The notes: generated by a model from the letters alone, not told the origin. Shown: positions 39,592-50,635, counted from the stretch's first letter. The stretch: 64,000 nt of DNA from Erythrobacter sp. (GCF_038133525.1 NZ_JAYPTL010000006.1:14280-78279), one strand, 5' to 3'. Numbers and translations: made by a program.

Positions 39592-40161
39592 ATGCCCTTC
39601 ATTACCGCCCTTTTGACATTGCTCTTGCCCTTCGCTGTATCCGCTCCGGATACTTCAGCGGACGAACAGGCGCACCAGGCGCGTAAGCAGGAGCGGGCGG
39701 TTCCAGAAGGGCCGATGTCGCGCCGTGCGCCGGATTGGTCGACGTTCGTCGATGGGGCGCAGGTGCCCGTGGCAAACCAGGTTCGGATTGAGGGAAGGGT
39801 GATCGTCCGCATCAGCCCACAGCCCAGCGCGGTGCGCAACGATCTGCTGGCCGAGCTTCCCCGCCAAGCCGTTCCCCCACGACTGGTCGAACGGCCATAC
39901 GGGCGCTGCATCGCTGCCGGCAATATCGTCGGCGTGTCCGATCGAGGGAGCCGCCTGATCATCTATATGCGCGATCGCAGCATGATCTCGGCCAAGCTGG
40001 AGAAGGCATGCAGCCCGCGCGATTTCTATCTCGGCTTCTACATGGAGCGCAGTGACGACGGGCAACTTTGCAGCGGACGCGATCGATTGATGAGCCGCGC
40101 CGGCGCCAAATGCCAGATATCGGAAATGAATCGACTGGTCCTGGTATCGGGCGAAGACTGA
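39592..40161 (+). CDS. Conserved hypothetical secreted protein with a four-Cys C-terminal domain
   Basis: Signal peptide MPFITALLTLLLPFAVSA; GGGGAG RBS; ACSPRDFYLGFY...GQLCSGRD...AKCQI. Confidence 0.7.
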   Translation: MPFITALLTLLLPFAVSAPDTSADEQAHQARKQERAVPEGPMSRRAPDWSTFVDGAQVPVANQVRIEGRVIVRISPQPSAVRNDLLAELPRQAVPPRLVERPYGRCIAAGNIVGVSDRGSRLIIYMRDRSMISAKLEKACSPRDFYLGFYMERSDDGQLCSGRDRLMSRAGAKCQISEMNRLVLVSGED

Positions 40162-40288
40162 CGCCCTGGCGAGCCAAACCGGCGCAAACCTTGACTTTGT
40201 GCGGCAAAACGGCAAAGGGCGCGGCCAGCCGAGCCTGCGGACGCGTGGGTCCTTACCGGCTCAAGTCCCAGGGAAACATTCGACGCAA

Positions 40289-41647
<1,359 letters not shown>

Positions 41648-41708
41648 GTTCGTCGCCCGGAGGGGCACCTTTAGCATTTGTTAGCCTTGATCTGGCAACG
41701 GATCAGGC

Positions 41709-42530
41709 ATGGACGAGCAGTTCTCTTCGCTTAGCAAGCTGGCGTTTGAAGTCGGTCCAGTCGTCGCGACCTTCTCGCTTCTGGCATTGCTTACCAAGCG
41801 CACCGCAATCTTTGATGCTTTGCGCCGGTGCCGACAGGAGGCAACGACAAACATCCTGCTGATTGTGTTCAATGCATTGGTAATTGGACCAATCTTCGTC
41901 GTACCGGCAGTGATGCTAAGCGAAGCAGTTGGAAAATATGGCCTTCTTCCCGGTCTTTGGTTGCGTCTTCCGGATGGCTTGACCGTTCTCCTTGCCGTCG
42001 TTTTGATCGATTTCGTAGCCTATTGGCGCCACCGAGCCGAGCACTTGGAGGGCATCTGGCGTTTTCATGCAACTCACCATGCGGACACCGCCATCCACTT
42101 TCTGTCAGTGCAGCGCAAACATCCTGTGGCCAAGATCATTGGCCTGTTGTTCGACACTTTGCTGGTGTTTGCTCTCGGCTTCCCGGTCTGGGCTATTGTG
42201 GCTGCAATTATTCTGCGGACCTGGTGGGGCTACTTCATCCATGCGGACGTCAACTGGACATTGGGTAGTCTCGGCGAAGTACTGATGTCGCCGGCCGCGC
42301 ATCGCCTCCATCATATCCGTGACGAGAAGCTGATGGGAACGAACTACGGCAATACCATCACGCTATGGGACAAGCTTTTCGGGACTTATCTCAATCCCAA
42401 GCCTTACCTCGGTTGCGAAACCGGGATCGAGGAGGGCACGCGCGGCTTCCTGGGCGAGCTCGCCCGGCCATGGGAGAAGCGGTATCGCGACACCGGGTCC
42501 GAAGTTGCCGAAGTCGAAGCGCAGGCTTGA
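41709..42530 (+). CDS. Sterol desaturase / fatty acid hydroxylase family protein
   Basis: His boxes HRAEH, HATHH, FIHAD, HRLHH; NYG..ITLWDKLFGTY. Confidence 0.88.
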   Translation: MDEQFSSLSKLAFEVGPVVATFSLLALLTKRTAIFDALRRCRQEATTNILLIVFNALVIGPIFVVPAVMLSEAVGKYGLLPGLWLRLPDGLTVLLAVVLIDFVAYWRHRAEHLEGIWRFHATHHADTAIHFLSVQRKHPVAKIIGLLFDTLLVFALGFPVWAIVAAIILRTWWGYFIHADVNWTLGSLGEVLMSPAAHRLHHIRDEKLMGTNYGNTITLWDKLFGTYLNPKPYLGCETGIEEGTRGFLGELARPWEKRYRDTGSEVAEVEAQA

Positions 42531-42535
42531 ACGGC

Positions 42536-44845
42536 CTAGTCGGCGAGCTTGACGAAGCTGTCTAGCACTCGCTTTTCGCCGGCCTTCTCGAATTCGATGG
42601 TCAGCTTGTTGCCTTCCTGATCGGTCACAGTGCCGTAACCGAACTTGTCATGGAACACGCGGGCTCCAATGGCGATATCGCTACGCGGCTTGGCAGCGAA
42701 GCTTGCCGCGCTGCGACCGGGTTCGGCAAGGCGCTTGGGCACCGGATCGTATCCAGTGGTCAGGGCGCGCTGCCAGCCGGGCCCGCGCGCGGTGGAGCGA
42801 TCGGGGCGGCTGGTGGAAACATGGGCGAAGGGGTCTTCAGTCTCGGTCCAATTGGCGCGCCATAGCGATGCGCCGCCGGTGAGCGTAGTCTCGCGAGTGA
42901 TAGTGTCTTCCGGAAGTTCCTCGATGAAGCGACTGGGGATGCTGCTGGTCCATTGGCCGTAGATCCGCCGGTTTGCCGCTTGCAGGATGGTGCAGCGGCG
43001 CCGCGCGCGCGTGATTGCGACATAGGCCAGCCGGCGTTCCTCCTCGAGGCTTGCCAGACCACCTTCGTCGAGCGCGCGTTGACTGGGGAAGACGCCTTCT
43101 TCCCAGCCGGGCAGGAAGACGTGATCGAATTCCAGTCCCTTCGCGGCATGCATGGTCATGATGGTGACCTTTTCCCCATCGTCGCGTGCATCATTGTCCA
43201 TGATAAGGCTGACGTGCTCGAGGAAGTCGGTCAGCGTGCTGTAATCCTCCATCGCGCGGGCGAGCTCGGATAGGTTTTCGAGGCGTCCAGCGCTTTCGGC
43301 GCTGCGGTCCGTCTGCAGCATTTCCTCGTAGCCGCTTTCGGCGATCACCATGCGCAGCAGTTCGGCAGGAGTGACCTTCTCGGCCTGCTCGCGCCAATGG
43401 ACGAATTGGCCCAGCAGGCTCACCAGCGTGTTGCGGGCTCGTGCCGGCAGTTCATCGGTGTCGGCCAGATCGAGGCTCGCCGCAGCGAGCGGCGCCTGGA
43501 TGCGGCGCGCATGACGACGCATCGCCTCCAGGGTCTTTGCGCCAAGCCCACGCTTGGGCTGGTTGTAGATTCGCTCGAAAGCGAGATCGTCGGCGGGCTG
43601 TTCGATCACACGCAGGTAGGCGAGTGCGTCCCGTATCTCGGCGCGTTCGTAGAAGCGGAAGCCGCCGACTATCCGATAGTTCAAGCCGATCTGAATGAAG
43701 CGATCTTCGAATTCGCGAGTCTGGTATTGCGCGCGAACGAGGATAGCGACCTGATCGAGCGGGGCGCCTTCGGCCTCGAGCCGCTCGATTTCCTCGCCCA
43801 CCCGGCGCGCTTCCTCGGGTCCGTCCCAGATGCCGATCACGCGGACTTTCTCACCCTGCGGCAGTTCGGTCCACAGCGTCTTGCCAAGCCTTTCGCTGTT
43901 GGCATCGATCAGGCCCGAAGCGGCGGCGAGGATTTGTGGGGTAGAGCGGTAATTCTGCTCCAGCTTGACAACCGTGGCGCCGGGAAAATCCTTCTCGAAC
44001 CGTAGGATATTGGCGACTTCTGCTCCACGCCATGAATAGATCGACTGGTCGTCGTCACCTACAACGCAGATGTTCTTGCGCGCCTGCGCCAGGAGGCGCA
44101 GCCACAGGTATTGGACCTGGTTGGTGTCCTGGTATTCGTCGACGAGGATGTATTTGAAGCGCTGCTGGTAATGTTCCAGCACATCGCGGTTGTTGCGCAG
44201 CACGTTGACCACATGGAGCAACAGGTCGCCGAAGTCACACGCATTGAGCGCCTTCAGCCGGTCCTGATAGAGCCGATAGAACTGTGCTCCGCGGCCATTG
44301 GCATAGGCTTCGTTTTCGACAGCATCGAGCTCGTCGGGGTTGAGGCCGCGGTTCTTCCAGCGATCGATCAACCCAGCAAGCTGGCGTGCGGGCCAGCGCT
44401 TCTCATCGAGATCGTTTTCCTGGATCAGCTGCTTGAGCAGGCGCAGCTGATCGTCGGTGTCGATGATCGTATAATTCGGCTGCAACCCGACCAGCTCGGC
44501 ATGGCGCCGGAGCATGCGTGCGCCGATAGAATGGAAAGTGCCCAGCCAGGGCATGCCTTCGACTGCATCTCCTATGTGCCGCCCGACACGTTCGCGCATC
44601 TCGCGGGCTGCCTTGTTGGTGAAGGTCACACACAGAATCTCGGAAGGCCACGCCCGCCGTGTTGCAATAAGGTGTGCCAGCCTTGCAGTTAGAGCGGCAG
44701 TCTTTCCGGTACCCGCCCCCGCCAACATCAGCACCGGCCCTTCGGTGGTCAGGACGGCCTTGCGCTGTGGCTCGTTCAAACCCGCAGCATAGGCAGGAAT
44801 CTGCGTCTTTTCGCCGGTTTCGGAGTTCGCTTTGAGGTCGGCCAT
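42536..44845 (-). CDS. uvrD: ATP-dependent DNA helicase UvrD/PcrA
   Basis: AGAGTGKT, VTFTNKAAREM, DEYQDTN, VGDDDQSIYSWRGA, LEQNYRS, TMHAAKGLEF, EEERRLAYVAITRA. Confidence 0.95.
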   Translation of the reverse strand: MADLKANSETGEKTQIPAYAAGLNEPQRKAVLTTEGPVLMLAGAGTGKTAALTARLAHLIATRRAWPSEILCVTFTNKAAREMRERVGRHIGDAVEGMPWLGTFHSIGARMLRRHAELVGLQPNYTIIDTDDQLRLLKQLIQENDLDEKRWPARQLAGLIDRWKNRGLNPDELDAVENEAYANGRGAQFYRLYQDRLKALNACDFGDLLLHVVNVLRNNRDVLEHYQQRFKYILVDEYQDTNQVQYLWLRLLAQARKNICVVGDDDQSIYSWRGAEVANILRFEKDFPGATVVKLEQNYRSTPQILAAASGLIDANSERLGKTLWTELPQGEKVRVIGIWDGPEEARRVGEEIERLEAEGAPLDQVAILVRAQYQTREFEDRFIQIGLNYRIVGGFRFYERAEIRDALAYLRVIEQPADDLAFERIYNQPKRGLGAKTLEAMRRHARRIQAPLAAASLDLADTDELPARARNTLVSLLGQFVHWREQAEKVTPAELLRMVIAESGYEEMLQTDRSAESAGRLENLSELARAMEDYSTLTDFLEHVSLIMDNDARDDGEKVTIMTMHAAKGLEFDHVFLPGWEEGVFPSQRALDEGGLASLEEERRLAYVAITRARRRCTILQAANRRIYGQWTSSIPSRFIEELPEDTITRETTLTGGASLWRANWTETEDPFAHVSTSRPDRSTARGPGWQRALTTGYDPVPKRLAEPGRSAASFAAKPRSDIAIGARVFHDKFGYGTVTDQEGNKLTIEFEKAGEKRVLDSFVKLAD

Positions 44846-44852
44846 GGTCACG

Positions 44853-44867
44853 GAACAACTAGGGAAC
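44853..44867 (-). promoter_or_regulatory. LexA (SOS) box upstream of uvrD
   Basis: GAAC-aactagg-GAAC on plus, i.e. GTTC-N7-GTTC on the coding strand, ending 7 nt before ATG 44845. Confidence 0.75.
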
Positions 44868-44936
44868 GAATAACATCAAGGCAAGGCTGCTGCCCGAGTG
44901 GCGCCGAGAACACCCCAGTCTCGCTCCTGCCGCGCC

Positions 44937-45482
44937 CTAGCTCTCCAGGCGGAGAAGGGTGAGCTTTGCCTTGCCGACCTTGCGTTCTGCATCGATCCGC
45001 AGTCCCTTGACTGCCACGACTTCCTTTGCGCCAGTTTCGAGCGCGATCCAGCTTGATCCGTCGATCCAACCAAGTCGCAGCATCCGGTCGAGTGCGACCT
45101 GGCCCGCACCGGTATCATAGGGCGGGTCGAGCAGGATCAGTTCCTGTGCAGCCTTGGCGGGCCCGAGTGTCAATATCGAGCCTTGCTGCACCGTTGCCCG
45201 GTTGCGCGCACCAAGCGCTTCGATATTGGCCCTGATCGCCTTGATCGCTGTCGCATCCTGCTCGACGAACTGGCAGGAGGCGGCTCCGCGCGAAAGGGCT
45301 TCCAGCCCAAGCGCGCCCGAACCAGCGAAGAGATCGAGCACTTGGAGATCCTCGAAGCTACCAAGTCGGCTCGTGAGCATGTTGAACAGCGTTTCACGCG
45401 TACGGTCGGCGGTGGGGCGCGTCAGTTCTCCCGGCGGCGCCACCAGCTTGCGCCCGCGCCATTCACCGGCGATGACCCTCAC
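44937..45482 (-). CDS. rsmD: 16S rRNA m2G966 methyltransferase RsmD
   Basis: MRVIAGEWRGRKL, TRPTADRTRETLFN, LDLFAGSGALGLEALSRGA, LDPPY. Confidence 0.95.
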   Translation of the reverse strand: MRVIAGEWRGRKLVAPPGELTRPTADRTRETLFNMLTSRLGSFEDLQVLDLFAGSGALGLEALSRGAASCQFVEQDATAIKAIRANIEALGARNRATVQQGSILTLGPAKAAQELILLDPPYDTGAGQVALDRMLRLGWIDGSSWIALETGAKEVVAVKGLRIDAERKVGKAKLTLLRLES

Positions 45483-46246
45483 TTGCGCCCGCCGCGCGCG
45501 AGTTCGCGCTTGAATGCCTCCACATCGCCGCGCTTGATCTCTGCCACCTGGCCACGCGGCAGGTCGCCGATGTGGAAGGGACCGTAGCCGATGCGCAGCA
45601 GACGGTTCACTTCGAGCCCGAGATGTTCGAGCACGCGGCGGACCTCACGGTTCTTGCCTTCGCGCAAGGTCAATTCGATCCAGCGGTTCCGCCCTGAACC
45701 ACGTTCGAGATTCGCTTCGATCCGGCCGTAGCGGACCCCGTCGATCTCGATCCCTTCGATCAGGTCATCTAGCTGCGCCTGCGTCACATCGCCGAAAGCG
45801 CGCGCGCGATAGGTGCGGGGAACGCCTGAGGATGGCAATTCCATTGCGCGCTTCATTTCGCCGTCATTTGTGAGCAGCAGCAGGCCTTCGGTGTTGTAGT
45901 CGAGCCGCCCCACCGGCATCACGCGTCCGGCGTCCTTGGGCAATGCGTTGCGCAAGGCCGCGTAAATCGTCGTACGCCCCTTGGGATCGCGCTCGGTCGT
46001 CAGCATGGCGGGCGGCTTGTGGAAGGCGAACAGCCGCGTGTCCTCGGTCTTTCCGATTGGTTTGCCGTCGACGGTGACGCCGCGCAGGTTGGCGAGCTTG
46101 ACCGCCGGCGTGTCGAGCACCTTGCCGTCCAGAGCCACGCGGCCGTCGGCGATCATGCGTTCGACCTCGCGACGGCTGGCAACCCCCGCGCGCGCGAGCA
46201 GCTTGGCGATGCGGTCGCCGTCTTCGGGAAGTCGATTGTCGGACAT
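45479..46246 (-). CDS. rluB: Pseudouridine synthase with S4 domain (RluB/RsuA family)
   Basis: RIAKLLARAGVASRRE, PVGRLDYNTEGLLLLTNDG, EGKNREVRR. Confidence 0.85.
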   Translation of the reverse strand: MSDNRLPEDGDRIAKLLARAGVASRREVERMIADGRVALDGKVLDTPAVKLANLRGVTVDGKPIGKTEDTRLFAFHKPPAMLTTERDPKGRTTIYAALRNALPKDAGRVMPVGRLDYNTEGLLLLTNDGEMKRAMELPSSGVPRTYRARAFGDVTQAQLDDLIEGIEIDGVRYGRIEANLERGSGRNRWIELTLREGKNREVRRVLEHLGLEVNRLLRIGYGPFHIGDLPRGQVAEIKRGDVEAFKRELARGGRK

Positions 46247-46264
46247 GGCCGCGCGGTTAGGCGC

Positions 46265-47428
46265 TCAGTTGGCCGCGCGCAAGGCCTCCTCGACCGTCTC
46301 ATGGAAGCGGCGGATGCCCCCTTCAAGCGTTCCCAGCGTCAGGAAGGGCACGGCGCCGGTGGCGAGTCCCTGCTGGCCCAGCTCCGCAGCACGGAAATCC
46401 TCGGACGCGAAAACCCCGCCGTCGAGCAGCGCCCAACTGCGTTCCCAGTGGTCGCGCGCCTTGTCGGTCGCGGGATGTTCGGGGATCAGCATGAAGTCTT
46501 CGACCAGCGTGCGGTCGTGCGATTGCGGCATCATTACCATCAGATTGATGTAGTCGGGGCTGGGAATGACCAGTGCACCGGGCAGCATCTGGTAGGCAAA
46601 GGTCACCACGCGGCGCAGGGCAGCCATGTCGGTCAGGTCGACGCCTTCCATCTCCTCCAACCGTCCCACGGCGCTGCGCGAGTGCGGACCAATCATGTCC
46701 CCACTGGTGGCGCCATCCTTGAAAAAGGGTCCGATGGTCTTCGCATGGAGGCGCGTGACATGGTAGCTTTCGAGGAAGGCATCCATGATCAGCTTCCAGT
46801 TTCCGGCCACTTCATGCGTTTTGCGGCGGAACAGCACCTGCTCGTCCATGCCCAGTGCATCGAAATCCTCGCCCAGCTGGTCGGCGAAGCTGAAGTCTGC
46901 GCTATCCTGTTGCGGGCAAAACCAGATCAGTCCACCGGTTTCCTTCGACGGGAGTTCGACGAGACCGAAGTCACCCTTGTCGAGACCCGGAAACGTGTCG
47001 GGGCGAGGCAGGGCGAGCAAACGTCCATCCACCGAATAGGTCCAGGCGTGATAGGGGCAGACAAGCTTCTTGGTGCACTGGATGTCGCCACCCTCGACCA
47101 GACGTGTACCACGGTGGCGGCAAACGTTGAGGAAGACATGCGCCTTGCCCTGCGCGTCGCGCGTGATCAGCAACGGCCGACCGGTCGCATCGTGCGGCAC
47201 GGCCATGCCGGGATCGGGCAGCAGTGCCGATGGGCACAGGATCTGCGGCAGCCGGTCGTAGATCGCCGCCTTCTCGCGTTCCCAATAGGTGGGGTCGGTA
47301 TAGACATGCGCCGGGACGGTCGTCGCGCCCGTTGCATCGCGCTTGTGCCCATCGGCAATATCGCGGGCCAGCGCGATCATGCCCTCGGTCGGGCGGCGCG
47401 CGGAATGTTTGGTGTCGACAGCGCTCAT
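46265..47428 (-). CDS. Rieske non-heme iron oxygenase alpha subunit
   Basis: NVCRHRG...CPYHAW Rieske motif; NWKL..DAFLESYHV..LH; C-terminal SEDF. Confidence 0.9.
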   Translation of the reverse strand: MSAVDTKHSARRPTEGMIALARDIADGHKRDATGATTVPAHVYTDPTYWEREKAAIYDRLPQILCPSALLPDPGMAVPHDATGRPLLITRDAQGKAHVFLNVCRHRGTRLVEGGDIQCTKKLVCPYHAWTYSVDGRLLALPRPDTFPGLDKGDFGLVELPSKETGGLIWFCPQQDSADFSFADQLGEDFDALGMDEQVLFRRKTHEVAGNWKLIMDAFLESYHVTRLHAKTIGPFFKDGATSGDMIGPHSRSAVGRLEEMEGVDLTDMAALRRVVTFAYQMLPGALVIPSPDYINLMVMMPQSHDRTLVEDFMLIPEHPATDKARDHWERSWALLDGGVFASEDFRAAELGQQGLATGAVPFLTLGTLEGGIRRFHETVEEALRAAN

Positions 47429-47501
47429 CTGGGCTGTTCCTCTCGCTCTCTCTCGCAGCTAGTGTCGCAAAAAAGCGGCGAAAACGGAAGGACGCTAGGG
47501 A

Positions 47502-48824
47502 ATGCATGAATCAGTCGGCGTCGCGCCCGAGTCGCAGCGTTCCCTGTGGGCTTCCATCAAGCCGTATCTGGAGAAGGAGTCGCTCGCGGCCTTCTTCCTC
47601 GGGATTTCATCGGGCTTTCCCTATGCGATGATCGGCGCGACGCTGACGACTCGGCTGGCGCAGGACAATATCGATAAGGCGACCGTGACAGCCTTCACGC
47701 TCGCCTTCCTCGTCTACAACTTCAAGATCTTCTGGGCATGGATTCCCGATGGCGTGCGACTGCCGATCATCGGTCGACTGGGACAGCGCGTGTCCTGGAT
47801 GGTCGTTACCGGCCTGCTGGTTGCCGCGTCGGTGATCAATCTGGCGCTGGCGAATCCGGCAGACATTGCTTGGATGGCGACATCTGCGGTGCTGGTCGGC
47901 GCGGCTGGTGCCCCGTTCGATCTCGGGATCGATGCCTATCGGCTCGAGACGCTCAAGCCTTACCAGCTCGGTGTGGGCTCGGGGATGAGCCAATATGGTT
48001 GGCGCATCGGCGCGGCGGGTTCTGGTGCGCTTGCGCTGGTTATCGCGGCGCGTTCCGGATGGAGCGTCGCCTATCTCGCCTGTGCAGCCCTTGTGCTGCC
48101 TGCCATGCTGACCGCGCTGATCCTTGGGGAGCCGCCGCGTCGCAAGGTCGAGATTGCGCGCAAGGGTGTCGGTGAAGTCTGGCGGTCGATCGCCGGGCCT
48201 TTCATCGAGTTCTTCAAGCGCCACGGCGCCTGGCTAGTCCTGCTGTTCATCCTGGTCCACAAGATCGGCGATACCTTGGCCAACCTGACCTTCCGCCTGC
48301 TGTTTGACGACCTTGGCTTCACCAACGACGAAATCGCGATCTACGACGTCGGTGTCGGCTTCTGGGCCTATCTCATCGGCGTGTTCATCGGTGGGGTGAT
48401 CTATGCCAGGCTGGGGCTCAAGCGCTCGGTCCTGATTGCACTGGTGCTGATGTGCGTTTCGAACCTCAGCTTCGCCATGTTGGCGGCCGCAGGCCACTCG
48501 AACTGGGGCATGGCCGGTGCGATCGGTTTCGAGAACATCGCCAGCGGGTATGGCGGAGTGGTGGTCGTGGCCTATTTCTCGGCCTTGTGCGACCTGCGCT
48601 TCACCGCCGCGCAATATGCCCTGATCAGCGCGGCTGCGAGCATTGTTGGGCGCTTCCTGACCGGCACCACAGCGGGCGCACTGATCGAGACAATGGGATA
48701 CGTCAATTTCTACCTGCTCACCACCGTGGCAGCGGTTCCGGGAATCGTATTGTTCTGGTGGATGATGCGAAGCGGGCTGGTCGACGCGGCGATGGGTACG
48801 GCGGGCGAGGTCGATGCTGACTGA
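47502..48824 (+). CDS. ampG: AmpG family muropeptide MFS transporter
   Basis: LGISSGFPY, RLPIIGRLGQRVSW, IDAYRLE, HKIGDTLA, FTAAQYALISA. Confidence 0.85.
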   Translation: MHESVGVAPESQRSLWASIKPYLEKESLAAFFLGISSGFPYAMIGATLTTRLAQDNIDKATVTAFTLAFLVYNFKIFWAWIPDGVRLPIIGRLGQRVSWMVVTGLLVAASVINLALANPADIAWMATSAVLVGAAGAPFDLGIDAYRLETLKPYQLGVGSGMSQYGWRIGAAGSGALALVIAARSGWSVAYLACAALVLPAMLTALILGEPPRRKVEIARKGVGEVWRSIAGPFIEFFKRHGAWLVLLFILVHKIGDTLANLTFRLLFDDLGFTNDEIAIYDVGVGFWAYLIGVFIGGVIYARLGLKRSVLIALVLMCVSNLSFAMLAAAGHSNWGMAGAIGFENIASGYGGVVVVAYFSALCDLRFTAAQYALISAAASIVGRFLTGTTAGALIETMGYVNFYLLTTVAAVPGIVLFWWMMRSGLVDAAMGTAGEVDAD

Positions 48825-48887
48825 GGCGCCTCGCGGCTCCTGTGGACATTAAGTGACCGCTAACCAGTCCCGCGTTAGGTCCGTCCA

Positions 48888-49280
48888 ATGCACGGGTCGG
48901 CAAATCAGGGCGAGGGCGAGACGAAGCGCGACTTCCTGCGCGTGAACCTCGGCGTGCTGGGTCACCTCGAAACATTGAACGGCCGCAAGCGGGTAGAGAT
49001 CGTCGACCTTTCGCAAGGCGGCGCCTATGTCGTGCTGATGGATGCGGATGTCGCCGCAAAGTATGATGTGCGCGATTGTGTGTTGCGGTGGATGAGTTTC
49101 GAAGCCTTTGGTGAAGTGAAACGGCGCGAGGGCCTTCACCTGGGGATCGCATTCGATGAGCCTCTGCGTCCGGGCGTGATCAAGGAAACGCGGCAGCACG
49201 CATCGTTGAATGTCCGCAACGATTATCAGGAACTCAAGCAAGCCGCGCGCTTGTGGGCGCACGGTATCTATCACACCTAA
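48888..49280 (+). CDS. PilZ domain protein
   Basis: KRDFLR (RxxxR) and DLSQGGA (DxSxxG) c-di-GMP motifs; VLRW..FEAFGEV; GIAFDEPL. Confidence 0.82.
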   Translation: MHGSANQGEGETKRDFLRVNLGVLGHLETLNGRKRVEIVDLSQGGAYVVLMDADVAAKYDVRDCVLRWMSFEAFGEVKRREGLHLGIAFDEPLRPGVIKETRQHASLNVRNDYQELKQAARLWAHGIYHT

Positions 49281-50635
49281 TCCGGTAACTCGCCGTTGAG
49301 CTGCAGGACCTCCCCTGCGAGGTAGAGCGAGCCGCCGATGAAGACTTCGCCGTAGAGCGGTTCGACGTCGCGCTGGGATCGACCCAACCATTCGACCGCT
49401 TCCTCGACTGAGCCGGCCGTTCCGGTGACGGCGATCCCTCGTGTCTTCGCATAGGCTGCCATCTCCACTGGCGGGGCGAATTCGTGCCCCGGGACCGGGA
49501 TTGCGATGAGGGTGCTGAGACTTGCTGCAATGCGGTCGATCAGCGCGCGCCAATCCTTGGCTTCGAGCATGCCAATGATCGCGTGGCGCGGGGTTGGCGC
49601 AGCGCTTGCGAAATGGTCTGCCAAAGCATCCGCCGCCTGCGCGTTGTGCCCACCATCGAGCAGCCAGCGGCAATCGGGCAGTCGCGCGGTCAGCGGACCG
49701 GGGCTGAGCACGTGCAGGCGGGCCGGCCAGCGGGTGGCGCGGATGCCCCGGACCATGGAGGGAATGGAAACCTCGATGGTCGCCTGGTGCCGCAACATCG
49801 CCACTGCCAGTGCAGCATTGGAACCCTGGTGCGCCCCTCTGAGGGCTGGGAGCGGAAGGTCGACTGCTCCCCTTTCGTCCTCGTATCGCAGGCGGGTTTC
49901 GTCCACCACCGCTTCCCATTGGCGGCCCATCTTGGCGAGTGGGGAGCCCTGCCGGGTTGCAACCCGCTCTATCTCGACCTCCGCAATCGGCGGATAGGTC
50001 ATCGTGACCAGTGGCATGCCAGGCTTGGTGATGCCTGCTTTTTCGAAGGCGATGCGTGCCAATGGTTCGACAGGCACTCCGCTCTCTGGCGCAAGCAGGA
50101 AACGTTCGTGATCGATCCCCAGCGCGGCGATGCCGCATACGGCGAGAACGTCTGGCTCCAGCACATTGGTCGCATCGAAGCGCCCGCCAAGGCCGACTTC
50201 GACCACGCAGGCGTCGGCTTGGACGCGCGCAAATTCGGTGAAGGCGGCGGCGATGGTGACTTCGAAGAAGCTCGGGTTGAGATCCTCGCCCGCGTCGAGC
50301 ACCTCGGCCAATAGTGCCGCGAGGCGCTCGTCTGAGATCAACTCGCCTGCGACCCTGATCCGTTCGTTATAGCGTACGAGGTGCGGGCTGGTGGTCGCGT
50401 GGACTCTGTATCCCTCCGCCTCGAGCATGGCGCGCAGGAAGGCGCAGGTCGAACCCTTACCGTTGGTCCCCGCGACGTGGAACACTGGCGGCAGGCGCTT
50501 GTGCGGATCGCCCAGCCGCGCGAGCAGGGCGCGGATCGTCTCCAGCCCCAGCCGTCCTTGCGGCACGCTGAGCGCGCCCAGCCGGTCGAGTTGCGCCTGC
50601 ACCGCCGCGCTGTCGGAGCGGGCGAAATCCCGCAT
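49277..50635 (-). CDS. folC: Bifunctional folylpolyglutamate synthase / dihydrofolate synthase
   Basis: VAGTNGKGST, SPHLVRYNERI, SFFEV, EVGLGGRFDATN, LDGGHN, GSLYLAG. Confidence 0.95.
   Translation of the reverse strand: MRDFARSDSAAVQAQLDRLGALSVPQGRLGLETIRALLARLGDPHKRLPPVFHVAGTNGKGSTCAFLRAMLEAEGYRVHATTSPHLVRYNERIRVAGELISDERLAALLAEVLDAGEDLNPSFFEVTIAAAFTEFARVQADACVVEVGLGGRFDATNVLEPDVLAVCGIAALGIDHERFLLAPESGVPVEPLARIAFEKAGITKPGMPLVTMTYPPIAEVEIERVATRQGSPLAKMGRQWEAVVDETRLRYEDERGAVDLPLPALRGAHQGSNAALAVAMLRHQATIEVSIPSMVRGIRATRWPARLHVLSPGPLTARLPDCRWLLDGGHNAQAADALADHFASAAPTPRHAIIGMLEAKDWRALIDRIAASLSTLIAIPVPGHEFAPPVEMAAYAKTRGIAVTGTAGSVEEAVEWLGRSQRDVEPLYGEVFIGGSLYLAGEVLQLNGELPD

Noticed and set aside
41670-41685. 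CtrA-like TTTA-N7-TTAGC upstream of the desaturase
   Set aside because: Two mismatches; not distinguishable from background
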